This document shows positions 11,101 through 20,352 of a stretch of DNA of 64,000 nt, piece by piece. Under the pieces are notes generated by a model. That model saw only the letters and a program-made list of their open reading frames with translations. It did not search any database and had not been told where the DNA came from. Origin of the DNA: Prorocentrum cordatum (lineage: Eukaryota); NCBI GenBank assembly GCA_963575745.1, contig CAUYUJ010000225.1, forward strand, positions 496,001 through 560,000, in the 5' to 3' direction. The position numbers and the translations under genes are program-made. Position 1 is the stretch's first letter; every line of letters starts with the position of its first letter.

Positions 11101-12800
11101 TGGCGGTCGCCGCGCAGACTGGCCCGAGGTCGCTCGTGCTCGGGGCCGCCCCCAGCGCCGCCGCGACAGCGCCGTCGTCGAGGTATTGAACAGCACCAGC
11201 CCGATGCGAATGTCCTCCACCCCGCTGTGCGTCCGCCGGTACTTAACGGCAGGGTTCATGGGCGAACTTCTGGGCGATGTCGAAGCCCTCGGGCTTCGGG
11301 GGCCCGCGGCAGTCGAACGCAATGACGAGGTCCTGCCCAGCGACGCCGATCTCGTCGCCGACGCCATCCTAGACGATGCGTCCTGCATCGAAACCGCGGG
11401 GGCGCCTTCGACCCCGGTCGCTCGCCGTTCGCGCGGGCGGGGGCGCCCGCCATCCGCGCGCGCCGCCGCCGCGGGCCGCGTGATCGCGCCGTCGCAGCCT
11501 CGCGAGCCGGCGCGGCGCAGCGGCGCCCCAAGCTCGGCGTCGCACTCCGCCCCCGCATTCCTGGGCTTCGACACCCCGCGCGTGGACGTCGGGGTCGAGC
11601 GGTCGCCCCCGTCCGCGCTGCTCCGCTGCGCCCCGTTGGTGCCCGACGAAGCGGGCAGCGACGCAGCGCTCGAGGCCGCGCCCGCGCCGCCCGTGGGCGC
11701 CAGAGTAGGGCCGGCGCTCTCCGACGCGCTGCTGCCCGAGATCGCGAAGCCAGACCCGTCGCACGGCTCCGCGACGCGGTGCTCGAGGCAATGCTCGCCC
11801 CACTCGTGAACGTCAACTTCGAACTGGTGCTCGACGTCGCCATGCCCGCGCCCACCGCGGCGGCCACCAGCGCGGCGCAGCGTCGCGCTGCTGCGCTCCG
11901 ACGTGCTGGTGCACGCCGAGATGTTTGTCCCAGCCGCGCTGCTCTGCGACGCGGTGCCCGAGGCTGCGCGCGCCCCGCCCGTGGGCTTCCGGGCGGGGTT
12001 GCTACTCTCCAGCGCGCTCGTCAACGAGGCGCTGCGGGCGCTGCTCGCGGCTCTCCGCGACGATCTGCTGCTGTCCGCAATGCCGCGCGACATCGAGATA
12101 CCAGTGCCCGACGTGCTGATCCGCAACTGGGTACTCGAGGCAGTCCTTGTCCAACTCGTGGACGCCGAAGCCCGACGCCGCGGCTCGGCTGCGTCGCGTC
12201 GCAGGCGCAGGCCCCAGCGCCGTTGCCGATGGCGCTGGTCTCTAGCACCCATTTGCCGCAGCTCGCTGGGCAGCGCGGAGCCAGCTGCGACGGCGCACCC
12301 CGCTCGCACCGCGGGCGCTGATCCCAGCGCTGAAGCTGTTGAAGCTGGTCTCCAGCGTTTTCTCGCCATGGCTCGCTGAACAGCACCTAAGACTGCTGCC
12401 GCGGCTCGCCCGCATTGCGGCGCAGGCGCTGACCCCGCAGTTGTAGCCGACGACGCTGGCTTCAAGCTCCCTCTTGCCGCTGGTCGCTGAGCAATGCTGG
12501 GGCCCAACCTCGACCTGCCGCACGACAGGAACCCAGGCTAAACTACTGGAGCAACCATCGAATGAACAGCCCTGGTTGCGAACATGTAGTGAACGGCCCT
12601 GCGCTATACATGTCGCATCTGCGTTGTAGCCGCTGACGGTGGTCAGCAGCTTCTCCTCGTCGCCGCTCGATGAGCAACGCCGAAGCCTGCCGCCCCGCTG
12701 CGCAAACGATGACCCCGGCGCTGAGCCGATGACTTCGGTCTCTGGCACTCTCTTGCCGCAGCTCGTTGGGCAGTAGAGGAGCCTGCTGCGGCAAGTCACT
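8200..12800 (-). pseudogene. Heavily decayed pentatricopeptide-repeat (PPR) array, interleaved with unrelated segments
   Basis: Recurrent minus-strand fragments resemble the P-type PPR pattern (xxISYNAGISACxK...ALALL): ETSFISYNAAASA (~10410-10440), TSFASYSAGLSA (~10715-10745), SAISYSAGINALE (~10920-10960), ETSFNSFSAGISA (~12315-12350), SVVGYNCGVSAC (~12425-12460), TVSGYNADATC (~12612-12645), GRRALALLSEL. Many frameshifts. Confidence 0.7.
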
Positions 12801-13570
12801 CCGTTCGCACCCTTGGCGCTGCTCGGCATTGCCGCGCTCGTCCTCACAGACATGGCACGTAACCGGGTTGGTCACGACCACGTGGCCACCACCGAACTTA
12901 CGCGTGCCGTCGGCCTACTTGACCACGGGCGTGAATTTCATCTCGTTGGCGATCTCAAAAGCCACGCGTCCTCCTCGGACCTCTTGCCAGCGTTCTTCGC
13001 CCGATTGCGAGCTCGACGAAATGGGGACCCCGCCAGTCTGGCGGCTCGGTTCCCGCCCCGGAAAGTCGTACAGAGCGGTGCCACGCGCTCCCCGCCTTTC
13101 TCCACGGTCGCGCACCTGGCGGCCTGGCCCCCGTCCCGGGGGATCGTACGGAGCGCTGCCACGCGATATCGACCCTCCTCCGCGGTCTGCCGCCTCGGTG
13201 CCCTCCTTCTTCCTCCTGCGCGAAGGCATGCCAGGCGCCAAGGGGGATAAAGTTGTTGCTCCGCCGCGGCGCTGCGTCGGAGGCGCTGGCCCAACGGCCA
13301 GCAGCAGCGCCCAACAACCATTCAGAAACAACCGAGCGCCTGAACCCAAATTGCCGCAGATGTCGGGCAGGGAAGGGGATACACATTCCTGTTGGCACAC
13401 GGGGGCTAACCTCGCAGGCGGCGGGGTCGCTGCAGTGATCCTAAAACGAAATAACGAAAGAAAACTCGGAAAGCTTCTGGCGGTAACCGAAGTTGACGGT
13501 CTACCGCCAGCACCTAGTCTCGAGGCCCCAGCGGGGTCCTCAGCGTAACGGCCTGCTGCTTCGAGGGCAC

Positions 13571-13610
13571 CTTCGGGGACCCGTCTGGCAGCGTGTCCCA
13601 GCTCTTCTGC
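13571..13610 (-). CDS. Putative DEAH helicase exon (last one located): (R)QKSWDTLPDGSPK
   Basis: Pyrimidine-rich ttcgag|G acceptor and AAG|gt donor; phase matches the preceding exon; no conserved motif. Confidence 0.4.
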
Positions 13611-14001
13611 CTCGAAGGGGAAGGAAACGGAGACCATGACCAAGACTAAACGCGGAAACGTCGTGCCGATCTTGGTAAAAACATCCATCTTGGTCAATGC
13701 CAATTCGTGAATCATCCTCGCGAATCGGCGACGGCCCGCATGGACCATGACCAAGATTGGCGTCGACAAGATCCCGCGACATCTTGAGGCGCCAAGCCCG
13801 GGGAGGAAGTGAGAGGGGGCGGGCCTTCTCAATGGCTCAGAAACCCTTCGGCCCTCTGAGAAATTCTCTGAGCCTTCCCCAAAAAAACAGAAAATGTATC
13901 AGAAAGCTGGAGGGCGTCTGAGAAGCCCCGCCGCCTTCTCAGAAGGCCTCCTCCATCTCACTTACCTCCCTGACTCGCCGCCAACTTTCTTCCCTCGCTA
14001 C

Positions 14002-14063
14002 CTGACGAAGCCGCCTCCGCTGTCCCCGCCACGGGTTCGGGAGCCGTCGAGCGGGGCCAGAGC
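14002..14063 (-). CDS. DEAH helicase exon: ALAPLDGSRTRGGDSGGGFV(R)
   Basis: aacgag|GC acceptor mirrors the upstream donor tacgag|gc; AG|gt donor; reads ...ADITSFYE-ALAPL. Confidence 0.65.
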
Positions 14064-14109
14064 CTCGTTGGGCGCGGGGGGGCGGGCGCTCCGCAGCCAC
14101 CGCTGCCTT

Positions 14110-14418
14110 GTCACCATCATCATCACCATCCTCATCATCGTCATCATCATCACCATTATCATCATCATCATCATCATCATCAACAACAACAACAACATCA
14201 TCATCTGCAGCAGCAGCATCACCATTACCACCATCATCACCATCACCACCATCATCGTCATCATCATCACCACAATCAACATCAGCATCAAATTGTTCAT
14301 GATCATCATCAGCATCAACATCATCACCACCGTCGTGATTATCATCATCATCATCATCAATATCAGTATCAGTATCAGTATCAGTATCAGGTATCATCAT
14401 CATCATCAGCATCATAAT

Positions 14419-14511
<93 letters not shown>

Positions 14512-14920
14512 GATCATCATCATCATCATCATCATCATAATCACCATCATCATCTGCAACGCCATCATCAGCATGTTCATCATCATCAGCTACATCATCG
14601 TCACCATCACCATCAACATCACCATATATCACCGTCACCGTAAGCGTCACCGTCACCGTCGTCATCACCACAAACGTCATCACCATCATCACCATCACCA
14701 TCATCACCATCACCATCATCAGTATCATAATCGTCGTCATCATCGTTCTCATGATCATCATCATCATCATCATCACCATCATCATCACCATCATCATCAC
14801 CATCATCATGACAACCATCAGCATCACCATCACCATCACCATCAACATCACCATCATTACCGCCCTCACCATCACCATCACCATCACCATCACCGTCGTC
14901 GTCGTCATTACCACAACCGT
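14110..14920. repeat. (CAT)n/(CAC)n trinucleotide microsatellite
   Basis: Long cat repeat; the poly-H/I/M/D ORFs are artefacts. Confidence 0.97.
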
Positions 14921-14976
14921 TATCACAAAAAACACCACCTGCACCATGTCGCTCGTCCTCCTCTTCCTCCGCCTCC

Positions 14977-14998
14977 TCCGTAGCCATGTTGGCTCAAG
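14977..14998 (+). other. Dinoflagellate spliced-leader relic (21/22 match)
   Basis: tccgtagccatgttggctcaag versus DCCGTAGCCATTTTGGCTCAAG; followed by CTT, not by the GT of an SL RNA gene. Confidence 0.93.
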
Positions 14999-15717
14999 CT
15001 TATGGTTCCCGTGGGCCACACGGATACCGCTGATCCGCGGCCAGCGTTCCATTATTTCGCCTGGTTCTCCCAAGGCTGGACCTAGTCTTTAGCAAGACTA
15101 GGTCGGCGCGCTCTGTGGAGCGTAACCCACCTGCAGCCAAGTGAGATTGGTGAGCTCTGCAGAGCATTTCAGGAAGGTCACTTTCATGGATGGATATACC
15201 AAAAGTGGGCCGTGAGGGTGCAAATGGTCTTAGAAGAACCGTGGCTCGTGTTTGGTATACGAGGCTGCAGCAGGCCTTGAGGCAAGCAGCAGGGTGGTCT
15301 TCGTGGAGCGAATGGCCCAAATCGCGACGCGCACGCACTACTACAGACAAAGGGCGTGGCACAGAGAACGGGGACTGGAGCAAGCAGCGTGTTGAACAAA
15401 TACCCGAAAAACTGCTCCAAGCTGTCCAGGCTGCCGCGCCCCACATCGCCCAGCCCCCGTCCACCATCAGGCTGGACCCTCACCCCGCGCCGCCAGACGT
15501 TGAAACGGAACCTGAGGCGTACAACAGGGCGGAAGCAGCGGAAAAGATGGCCAAGGCGGCCCTGGTGAAGGCAGCAGAGAGTGAGCGGAAGGCGCCTGAG
15601 TGGTACAACGAGCGCAGGAAGGCCACGGAGGAGGCGGCCCACCAGTGTGCACTGGCTCAGAGACCGAGGCAGGGGAAGCGCTTCAGGAGTGCCAGCGAAT
15701 GCGGGGCGTGGCCCGCG
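14977..15717 (+). mobile_element. SL-headed retrocopy, probably the degenerate 5' end/ORF1 of a non-LTR retrotransposon, truncated by the assembly gap
   Basis: Starts with the SL after a CT-rich tract. Encodes an Ala/Glu/Lys coiled-coil-like stretch (AEAAEKMAKAALVKAAESERKAPEWYNERRKATEEAAHQ) reminiscent of ORF1 at 22400-22600. Confidence 0.5.
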
Positions 15718-15817
15718 NNNNNNNNNNNNNNNNNNNNNNNNNNNNNNNNNNNNNNNNNNNNNNNNNNNNNNNNNNNNNNNNNNNNNNNNNNNNNNNNNNN
15801 NNNNNNNNNNNNNNNNN
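15718..15817. other. Assembly gap (100 N)
   Basis: Run of n. Confidence 1.
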
Positions 15818-15999
15818 GGAGGAGGAAGAAGAGGGAGAGGAGGAGGAGGAGGAGGAAGAGGAGGAGGAGGAGGAGAGGAGGAGGAGGAGGAGGAGGATCG
15901 AGAAGGAGGAGGACCTTTTGGACCTTTTGCGCAGCACAGCGTGCTAAAAAGAGGAGGGGAAAACAGAGGGAGGAGGCCAAGCACCTGCACCCAAAGTGG

Positions 16000-16595
16000 C
16001 TACTCCGTAGCAGCCACCCCCAGCGCCTCCTCCTCCCCGCAAGGGGAAGAAGGAACGTGGGAGGGTACAGGGCTTGCCCTCCTGGCACGCTGTGCTGTCT
16101 CCCCGGCGACGCAAGCGTCCACTAACCTCGCATGCGAAATCGCTTGCGAGGCCTTAGACGGCCCCGCATAGCTCGGAAACAGCCCGCGTTTAATTCGGCC
16201 GAGATTCTCACGGCCTTTGCGAGTGGGGGGCTCGCAACCTTCGGCCAAATGGCGACCGTCAACGGCCGCGGTCCGACCACATCTAAAACAAAAATGCAAA
16301 GAATGCAGGTCCCAGAATCCCAGACGGTGGGAGGGGTCGAGCTCCAGCCCACCAACAGCGACGCCACCGCGAGCCGCGGCCACCACGTCCCGAGGAAACC
16401 CAGGAGGGACGACCAGCGGCGAAAAGCACTCCGTCTTCAGGGCCTCTAAGAGGCCCTGCCGGGACGAAAGAACAGAGCACAGTTGGCACCTGAAGCGGGA
16501 CCCGACTGGAATAAACCTGCGAGAGCTGGCCCTGGCAGCGTGCTCGAGGCGTCGGGTGACCCGACGCGGCCGACACTCAAACGCGGCGAAGCTCT
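16000..16595 (-). pseudogene. Out-of-frame C-terminal Cys/His (putative Zn-binding) module of LINE pol
   Basis: RFRCQLCSVLSSRQGLLEALKTEC ... DPSHRLGFWDLHSLHFCFRCGRTAAVDGRHLAEGC; separated from the RT-RNH ORF by a stop/frameshift near the homopolymer at ~16714-16721. Confidence 0.65.
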
Positions 16596-16704
16596 AGCTA
16601 CTCGCGCACGCAGAAAAGCTGCTCGCTCAATGAAAAAAGCCACGCTCGCAGGAAAGCTGCTCGCCCACAGGGCACGGCTACATTTCGGCTTTTCTTGGGC
16701 GGAA

Positions 16705-19700
16705 TTATGCGAAGGGGGGGGTCAGTTTATGCCGCGGCCTCCTCAGTCGGGTCTCGGCGGTCTTCGGCCTAGGCCGCTCGACCTCCGTCGAGGCCTTGGA
16801 CCGCTTGGGATCCGCCGAAGAAGCGTCCGCCAGAGCCCGCCGAGCACGTCGACGCACCAGGGCAGCAGTGAGGTCCCAAGCGTCTGTGGCGGGGACTGTC
16901 TGGGCGGCCAAGGTCCAGGAGCGCTCAGCGGCTTCAGAAGCCGCTTCATCGGCTAACTGATTACCGCTGGCAAGAAAAACTTCATGATGGGAGAGGGAGG
17001 AGTCGTCAGGGGACAGGTGCGAGGGCGTCCATTCGACCGAGACATGCCCTGGGCCTCGGTCGTCGATGGCGCAACGAATTCGCAGCCACAAATCGCTGTT
17101 CCTCCCCCCCAAACTCCAAGGTCGGCCCCGACTCCACCCCGTCATGAGAGGCTTGTGGTCAGTCACAAAATGGACAGGACCTGTGGTGCCTTCCAGGAAG
17201 AGTGCGAAAGCCTGCAGCTCCGACCTGGGCACCGTTTGCGAAGGGCCTCGCAAAATCTCGGAGATGCCCCCCAAGACGGCCCAACGCAAAGGTCCCTCCC
17301 CAGGTCGCGCGTCCCTGACCACTACAACAGCGGAGCCACACCGACGGCGACGAGGGTCGGACGAAAAGCGTCCTCCAGATCCGTCCCCGAAGCCGATCAA
17401 CGGGCTACTGCCAGGGTCTCTAGAGCAGGCTCCAAGAGGGACCTCACCAAGTTGGGCTCTGCTCAGGCTCTCCAACGGCTCCCTGAACACAGGGTGGGTG
17501 ACACGGGTAGGCGGAACACCTCTCAGCCAAAGGCTTGGTTCAGATTCAACAGACGCTAACGCTTGCGGAATCAAATGATCAGTAGACGTAAAATCACTGT
17601 GGTCTTTATTGCAGGGGCAACGCCAAATGCGATGCGCAAGAGTTTCTTCCTCCTGCTGGCATCGCGGACACAGGCGGTCTGCGGGCTCGCTCAGAGGGCG
17701 CTGCCTGTCCATCGTCCACTGGGCGCCCGTGACCACGCACAAATTGAGGCCGAACAGGTCGAGCTCCCCCCTCTTGGCGAAGTGGCTGAGCTCCAGCCTG
17801 GCCCAATAGAGGTCAGCTCCTTCAGCCAGGCCATCCCCTGCAATGTGCTTCGAAGCATTGCTCCAAAGTTGAGCGCGAAAATCAGTGACCACGTCGTCCA
17901 GTAGCTCGGAGATGTCGAAACCAGTGGGGTCGTAGCCTGCACGACGTGCGGTTGGAATCAGCCACTCCTCGATTCCTCCGACAGTGGGTCTCCTCCAACG
18001 GAGGACCGAGGGTACTTCCCATCCCGCGTCAAGCAGGGTCGCAATAACAGCTCCAATAGGTCCTTTGACCAGTCTCCATCTCTTGCTGGCGCCAGCTGCG
18101 AGAAGCCGCCGATGAATGACAGTCCAAGCATTTTCAACTCGATGGTGAATGCTGGTGTCGGTCTTCCAGAGACAGAGAAATTCTGAAAGAAGGCCTCGAC
18201 GTAACTCCAGGGCTGGATCCTTGAGACCGTAAAGGACCGCCAGTGTTGTCGTAAGACACCTGCCCTTCATGGGCCCAGCTCCCGCCACGGCTGCCTGCCG
18301 CCTGACGGCGAGGACGTTGGACGGCGACATGCCATGGGCCTGGTGTCCGTAGGAGCCTTGAGGAGCTGCGCCTGTGGTCCAAAGACCTTGAGCTTCGCGT
18401 CGTAGAGGAGCATGTCTGCGTATGCGGGCAATGCGAGCCGCCCTCCTCTTGCTGGCGGTCAACCTCATTCTGGCCTTAGTGACTGTGCGCCGTTTGCCAG
18501 ATGCCGCATCAATGCCAAGATCCGTGCCGTGAAGGCCGAACCGTACAGGGATACCTCGCTTCTGCAAATGAGCGGCTGTCCTCCTCCCGTCCTGCGGAAC
18601 AGTGGCAATGAGTACAGACTTGTCCGAAAGCTTAAGACGGAATTGCTTGGCGAGGTCGGCAAGAGTGACCGTGGCGTGAAGGATCTCTGTTTGGACCTTG
18701 GCCTGCGTGCCCTCTGCGCGGGCAACCGTGTCGTCGATGAATGTCCAGAAGGTGCTGAAACTCGCTCTGCGATGTGCCGCCTCCATCAATGGATGTAAAA
18801 ACAACTTGGCAATCCTTACCCCATGCGGGGATCCTGCAACGAGTGATCTGGTGGCGTAGATGGCGTCTGCAACGCCAAGAGAGCCACGCAAGAACCGCGG
18901 CCCAGCACACATCTCCAGCTCCAGTAGCACCACAATCGCTGGGAACTTGAGATCGAGTGCAGCCTGGCCGATGAGGATCCAGGATAACGAGTCGTAGAAC
19001 TTCTCGAAGTCCAGGAGTAGGGTCGCCGCCGAGATGCCAAGCGCCACTGCGGATTCATCGAGCAGCGCTCGCAAGAGACCTGCTCGAAGCGAGCTGCTGC
19101 CCGCCACTGCAGTGTCCCAGAAATCAGAGAGCTCCTTAGTCCATGTGGACGTGACGCCTGCTCTCACGCGGGACCAAATCTTCGCCGTCTCTGGAAGTAA
19201 TCCAATGACCCTTTCTCCTCCTTTGGGTTTGGGTAATAATGCTCCAACAGATGCCCAGATCTGAGCAGGCCAAACTCCATGTTCTTCAATGCTGTTGAGA
19301 AGCCTGCAGTAATCACACCGACCTTCGAGTGGAAGTCGCTGGATGTCCAGAGGTGTGATGGAGTCAACTCCGCATGCCTTGGTGCCTAAAACCCTGAGAA
19401 CATTGTCCACCTGCTCGATGCTGACGGGATCCAGCTCCTCCTCGCGGCTCTGCGCGTGCAGGCGCTTGAACATGGCGAGGATGTCGGCCTGAGAGTCGAC
19501 TGGGTCGTGCCAGAGTCTCTCCCAGGTGGATCTGGTGTGTTCCATTCTGACAGTTGGGTCTCCAACGACTCGCCCATCCACTAAGGGGTCGGCAGAGACC
19601 GCCTTGGGTTCCTTCACCAATGAGTGGAGCAGGCCGGGCATAGATGTCCAAACTCCCTTGGCCCAACGGATGAACGAATGCCGCCTCAAGGTCAAGCATC

Positions 19701-20352
19701 TTGCCTGAGAACGACAGGCCAGCTTCTCAGTTAAGTAGGCAAAATCGTCGCGCTCCATCTCAGTGGCGCTCGCGAATGCGCGCGACCAAGAAACCCACCG
19801 CTGCTGATTAGCGGTGCCCTCAGAGCCTGGACCAAAGAAATCAGATGGGTCGAAGCTGCTAGCGTCGTTGGTGTAGCGACCAAGAGCTGCGGTACAAATA
19901 GCTATCTGGCGAGGATCCTTGCCATGTCGTAGAAGAGCCATGATTCTTTGAACCAAGGTAAGAACAGTTCCCCACCATTCTCCAGCTCCATCAGTCATGT
20001 GCACTCGCCCTGGGGTAGCTTTGGTCTGCATCCATCGTAAAGAAAATCCAGCTGCGCGTGGAGCTCGCTGTCGAGGGTTGAGCTGATGATGAAGTGCGAA
20101 AGCACGTTCCACTCCTGAGGACCACCGCGCGTACTGCCTGGTGACGGCACCAAGGCCAAGTGCGTTGATAAGGCCCAACAACTCAGACTCGACCACGCTG
20201 CAACATTGAGAGCTGAGCCTCTCCTTGGAGGGCTGCTCTTCCCACAGGTCTGAAGGTATGTGAAAAGAGACCTGGGACTCAGGATCCAAAGTACTCCTTG
20301 AAGGGTGTAGTGCGTCGTAGTCTTCCAGCAGATCGGGTGGTACGCGTGCCCG
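16705..20352 (-). CDS. LINE pol: reverse transcriptase, CCHC finger and RNase H (in frame with the endonuclease ORF beyond one TAA)
   Basis: RT: KACGVD, LLPKPKGGERVIGLL, LLLDFEKFYDSL, SLVAGSPHG, WTFIDDTV, DLGID. Finger: CPRCQQEEETLAHRIWRC. RNase H: FGDGSG, QTVPRSELQA, FVTDHK, NSDLW, VEWTPSH, GNQLADEAA. Confidence 0.95.
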   Translation of the reverse strand, partial: RARVPPDLLEDYDALHPSRSTLDPESQVSFHIPSDLWEEQPSKERLSSQCCSVVESELLGLINALGLGAVTRQYARWSSGVERAFALHHQLNPRQRAPRAAGFSLRWMQTKATPGRVHMTDGAGEWWGTVLTLVQRIMALLRHGKDPRQIAICTAALGRYTNDASSFDPSDFFGPGSEGTANQQRWVSWSRAFASATEMERDDFAYLTEKLACRSQARCLTLRRHSFIRWAKGVWTSMPGLLHSLVKEPKAVSADPLVDGRVVGDPTVRMEHTRSTWERLWHDPVDSQADILAMFKRLHAQSREEELDPVSIEQVDNVLRVLGTKACGVDSITPLDIQRLPLEGRCDYCRLLNSIEEHGVWPAQIWASVGALLPKPKGGERVIGLLPETAKIWSRVRAGVTSTWTKELSDFWDTAVAGSSSLRAGLLRALLDESAVALGISAATLLLDFEKFYDSLSWILIGQAALDLKFPAIVVLLELEMCAGPRFLRGSLGVADAIYATRSLVAGSPHGVRIAKLFLHPLMEAAHRRASFSTFWTFIDDTVARAEGTQAKVQTEILHATVTLADLAKQFRLKLSDKSVLIATVPQDGRRTAAHLQKRGIPVRFGLHGTDLGIDAASGKRRTVTKARMRLTASKRRAARIARIRRHAPLRREAQGLWTTGAAPQGSYGHQAHGMSPSNVLAVRRQAAVAGAGPMKGRCLTTTLAVLYGLKDPALELRRGLLSEFLCLWKTDTSIHHRVENAWTVIHRRLLAAGASKRWRLVKGPIGAVIATLLDAGWEVPSVLRWRRPTVGGIEEWLIPTARRAGYDPTGFDISELLDDVVTDFRAQLWSNASKHIAGDGLAEGADLYWARLELSHFAKRGELDLFGLNLCVVTGAQWTMDRQRPLSEPADRLCPRCQQEEETLAHRIWRCPCNKDHSDFTSTDHLIPQALASVESEPSLWLRGVPPTRVTHPVFREPLESLSRAQLGEVPLGACSRDPGSSPLIGFGDGSGGRFSSDPRRRRCGSAVVVVRDARPGEGPLRWAVLGGISEILRGPSQTVPRSELQAFALFLEGTTGPVHFVTDHKPLMTGWSRGRPWSLGGRNSDLWLRIRCAIDDRGPGHVSVEWTPSHLSPDDSSLSHHEVFLASGNQLADEAASEAAERSWTLAAQTVPATDAWDLTAALVRRRARRALADASSADPKRSKASTEVERPRPKTAETRLRRPRHKLTPPFA

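Noticed and set aside
8080..12507. Long 450-670 aa ORFs as real genes
   Set aside because: Arg/Ala/Gly-rich products of very high GC, open in several frames, with PPR remnants switching frames.
12813..13832. ORFs of 145-305 aa as an intact gene
   Set aside because: No recognisable motifs, and a stop interrupts the most protein-like frame; at most a decayed fragment plus one small helicase exon.
15991..16011. Third SL-like match (gtagccactttgg on minus, tccgtagc on plus) near the LINE 3' end
   Set aside because: Only 12/13 nt and 8 nt match, and it overlaps a stop codon; may be chance.
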